Assembly (NCBI GenBank): GCA_024137785.1
Contig: JAHRHZ010000024.1
Span: 28,434,342 to 28,498,341 of the forward strand
Origin: Ginglymostoma cirratum
Taxonomy: Eukaryota
Reading direction: 5' to 3'
DNA: 64,000 nucleotides
Notes under the pieces: model-generated
Told to the model about the DNA's origin: nothing
The model's database searches: none
What the model saw: only the letters and a program-made list of their open reading frames with translations
Made by a program: the position numbers and the translations under genes
In this document: positions 62,631-64,000 of the stretch, one piece after another
Layout of the letters: every line of letters starts with the position of its first letter
How positions within the stretch are numbered: position 1 is the stretch's first letter

Positions 62631-62865
62631 TTAGTGAATGTAACAAGGTCAGCCAGGTGGGCCACATAGAATATGAGTTCCCTGATCGGGGCCGTTAATC
62701 TGGTCCAATCAGGGAGCCCTGACTGACAGATATAAACAGGAATGCCAGAGATTCTGTTTACTCTGAGAGCTGGCTCTGAGGAAGCCAGACCAGTGTTAAG
62801 TATTATGCAGGTGTAAATAAAGGGTGACTTGTTTATGGGATACTGACCTCTATGGAGTTATTTCA
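62631..62865 (+). mobile_element. Solo LTR-like element
   Basis: About 235 bp ending TTTCA, with CCAAT (62706), GATATAAA (~62729) and AATAAA (~62816) in LTR order. No clean TSD. Confidence 0.65.
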
Positions 62866-64000
62866 GATGTCCTCTGGCGTCAATGTCACTAATCAATAAT
62901 GGTCTCCCTGGGATTTTTTAGTTTTCTTCAACTCTGTGGAAGAAGATAGTTATGTGTCTGAAAGAATTACTCTTCTGCTTTTGACAATGAAATTAGATAG
63001 GCCAAGTCCATCCATGCTTCTATTATTTGGGGAAATATTGTGATTAGGTTTATCACAGACTCTACATCTGGCCGTCCTGTTTTGGTGCTGTTTCTTTAAA
63101 ACAGCAGAATTGAATGCATTAAATATCTAGTACTAACTCCTGGTGGTTGCCACATCAAGGATATCTGATGATCAGGTTTAGAAGATTCATCTGCAGTCGG
63201 AAGGCAAGTGCATAATTCGTCCAAAATGTGAAATCAGAGGCGTCTTTTTGACATGTCAGTGGTGAATGGTATCATTTAATAAGGTCTGAAAGGTTACCTG
63301 ATGCTTAATGGAATGGGCAAGCCAGTAGCGGATATATCAATAAGGGTTAATTGGGTGACACTTGTTTGTATAAATACAGAGTGTTAATAATCAGTGGGAT
63401 GTGAGTTTTATTTTGGGAATAAGATTAATTAAAGTTCTCATGGTAAATTGTGGTAATGGACTCTGTTCAAAAATATTTATTTTCGAAAGTAAAACAGTGA
63501 AGTGTCATCAGAAATCAACGTATTCAATCTCAAGTGATGTACATTTTGTCCTCAATTCAGCAATCATTCTCCTGAGACCAAGGAACCCAGTCTCTGGTTG
63601 AGTAAAGTTAGTTGTTCACTGGTATTTGGATTCTGAGATGGTTAAATTTGCAATGAACTGAGGAATTGTAAGAGTGAAGAATGCATTTCTGCACTGAAGT
63701 GAAAAGTATTGGTTTCTGATGATGTGGACCTGTTCCATGTTATATTGGTCTGTACTTTAAGAAGACTCTCAGCATTCCTTTGATCTTGAGCAGTGTCCAG
63801 TCTGCACCATACAGTTCTTTGTCAGACTGATGCAGTTTCATTTCCCCTCAACCAAACAATGTTTTTTCAAATGAAATTGTACCAATCGTCCTGGTGTGAG
63901 TTGAAATTAGTCAGATGGGCTTTAATCTGTATGATCACTGCCATGTCTGATCGAGAGAAGTCACCTTTTACCCCCAAGAAAGATGAATTCATATCTTTCA

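Overview
Eukaryotic, repeat-dense vertebrate DNA. The repeat complement (HE1-type V-SINEs, HER1/CR1 LINEs, Deu-domain SINEs, abundant Penelope-like tails) points to a cartilaginous fish, probably a shark. No intact, nameable protein-coding gene is visible; nearly all long ORFs in the track are decayed retroelement frames or their antisense shadows. The main mobile elements are: a near-complete CR1 LINE (24.9-28.5 kb; SGNH esterase ORF1, APE, RT); a Neptune-type Penelope-like element with ~0.5 kb inverted arms and a ~17 bp TSD (52.9-55.8 kb); a three-layer nest of RTE > CR1 > Penelope (2.7-8.5 kb); PIF/Harbinger transposase and Myb/SANT remnants; a Tx1/L1 3' end; and a solo LTR. Two signals go beyond routine annotation. 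First, many Penelope-derived short inserts carry minimal hammerhead-ribozyme-like cores (CTGANGA-stem-GAAAC), several with long TSDs and one as a ~205 bp palindromic unit. Second, a chain of minus-strand, splice-site-flanked segments, including a 26-nt microexon, has mostly-open frames that join in compatible phases. This suggests a large decayed multi-exon gene spanning the window that I cannot identify. Element boundaries were read by eye and are approximate unless a TSD is quoted.
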